The notes beneath the pieces were generated by a model, which was not told the origin of the DNA, did no database searches, and was given only the letters and a program-made list of their open reading frames with translations. Below are positions 36,863-36,995 of a stretch of DNA of 36,995 bases, piece by piece. Positions within the stretch are counted from its first letter, which is position 1. Each line of letters begins with the position of its first letter. A program made the translations under genes and the position numbers. The DNA comes from Octopus bimaculoides (taxonomy: Eukaryota). The stretch lies in NCBI RefSeq assembly GCF_001194135.2, contig NC_069001.1, positions 30,918,868 through 30,955,862 of the forward strand. Reading direction: 5' to 3'.

Positions 36863-36946
36863 TTCCCTGATGAGAAGGTTACAATTTTAATATCAAAGAT
36901 CCCTATGGATCACACAGGTTGTAATCCTTTGAAACATATGTAGGAA
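36863..36946 (+). ncRNA. Type I hammerhead ribozyme candidate (Penelope-type, palindromic helix III)
   Basis: UUCC(36863-66)-CUGAUGA(36867-73)-helix II of 14 pairs with 1 bulge (36874-87/36916-30)-GAAA(36931-34)-CAUAUG-UA/(36941-42)-GGAA(36943-46). Confidence 0.75.
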
Positions 36947-36995
36947 TAAATTATGCAATTATAACATGCGTTTTCTCTAATCCTTAAATTCTTAA

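Overview
AT-rich eukaryotic draft-assembly DNA with many N gaps. The repeat families and microsatellite load point to an Octopus genome (inference from recognised SINE sequences). No intact host protein-coding gene, rRNA, tRNA or CRISPR array is supported; almost all supplied ORFs are translated microsatellites or gaps. The window is mostly simple repeats and decayed mobile elements: about 14 copies or fragments of tRNA-derived SINEs (one a TSD-flanked dimer), two R4/Dong-type LINE fragments in (AAT)n tracts, the 5' part (UTR + broken ORF1) of a Tx1/L1-like LINE, a frameshifted and internally deleted hAT transposase, and mariner/Tigger/MITE remnants. The most interesting signals are structural RNA/DNA. 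There are three type-I hammerhead-ribozyme-like folds of the kind carried by Penelope-like elements, the best at 36863-36946 with an intact CUGAUGA/GAAA/GUA core. There is also a loop-less 210-bp palindrome (19743-19952) and a 510-bp inverted duplication (36336-36845) next to the best ribozyme. All folds were derived by hand and none is computationally or experimentally verified.
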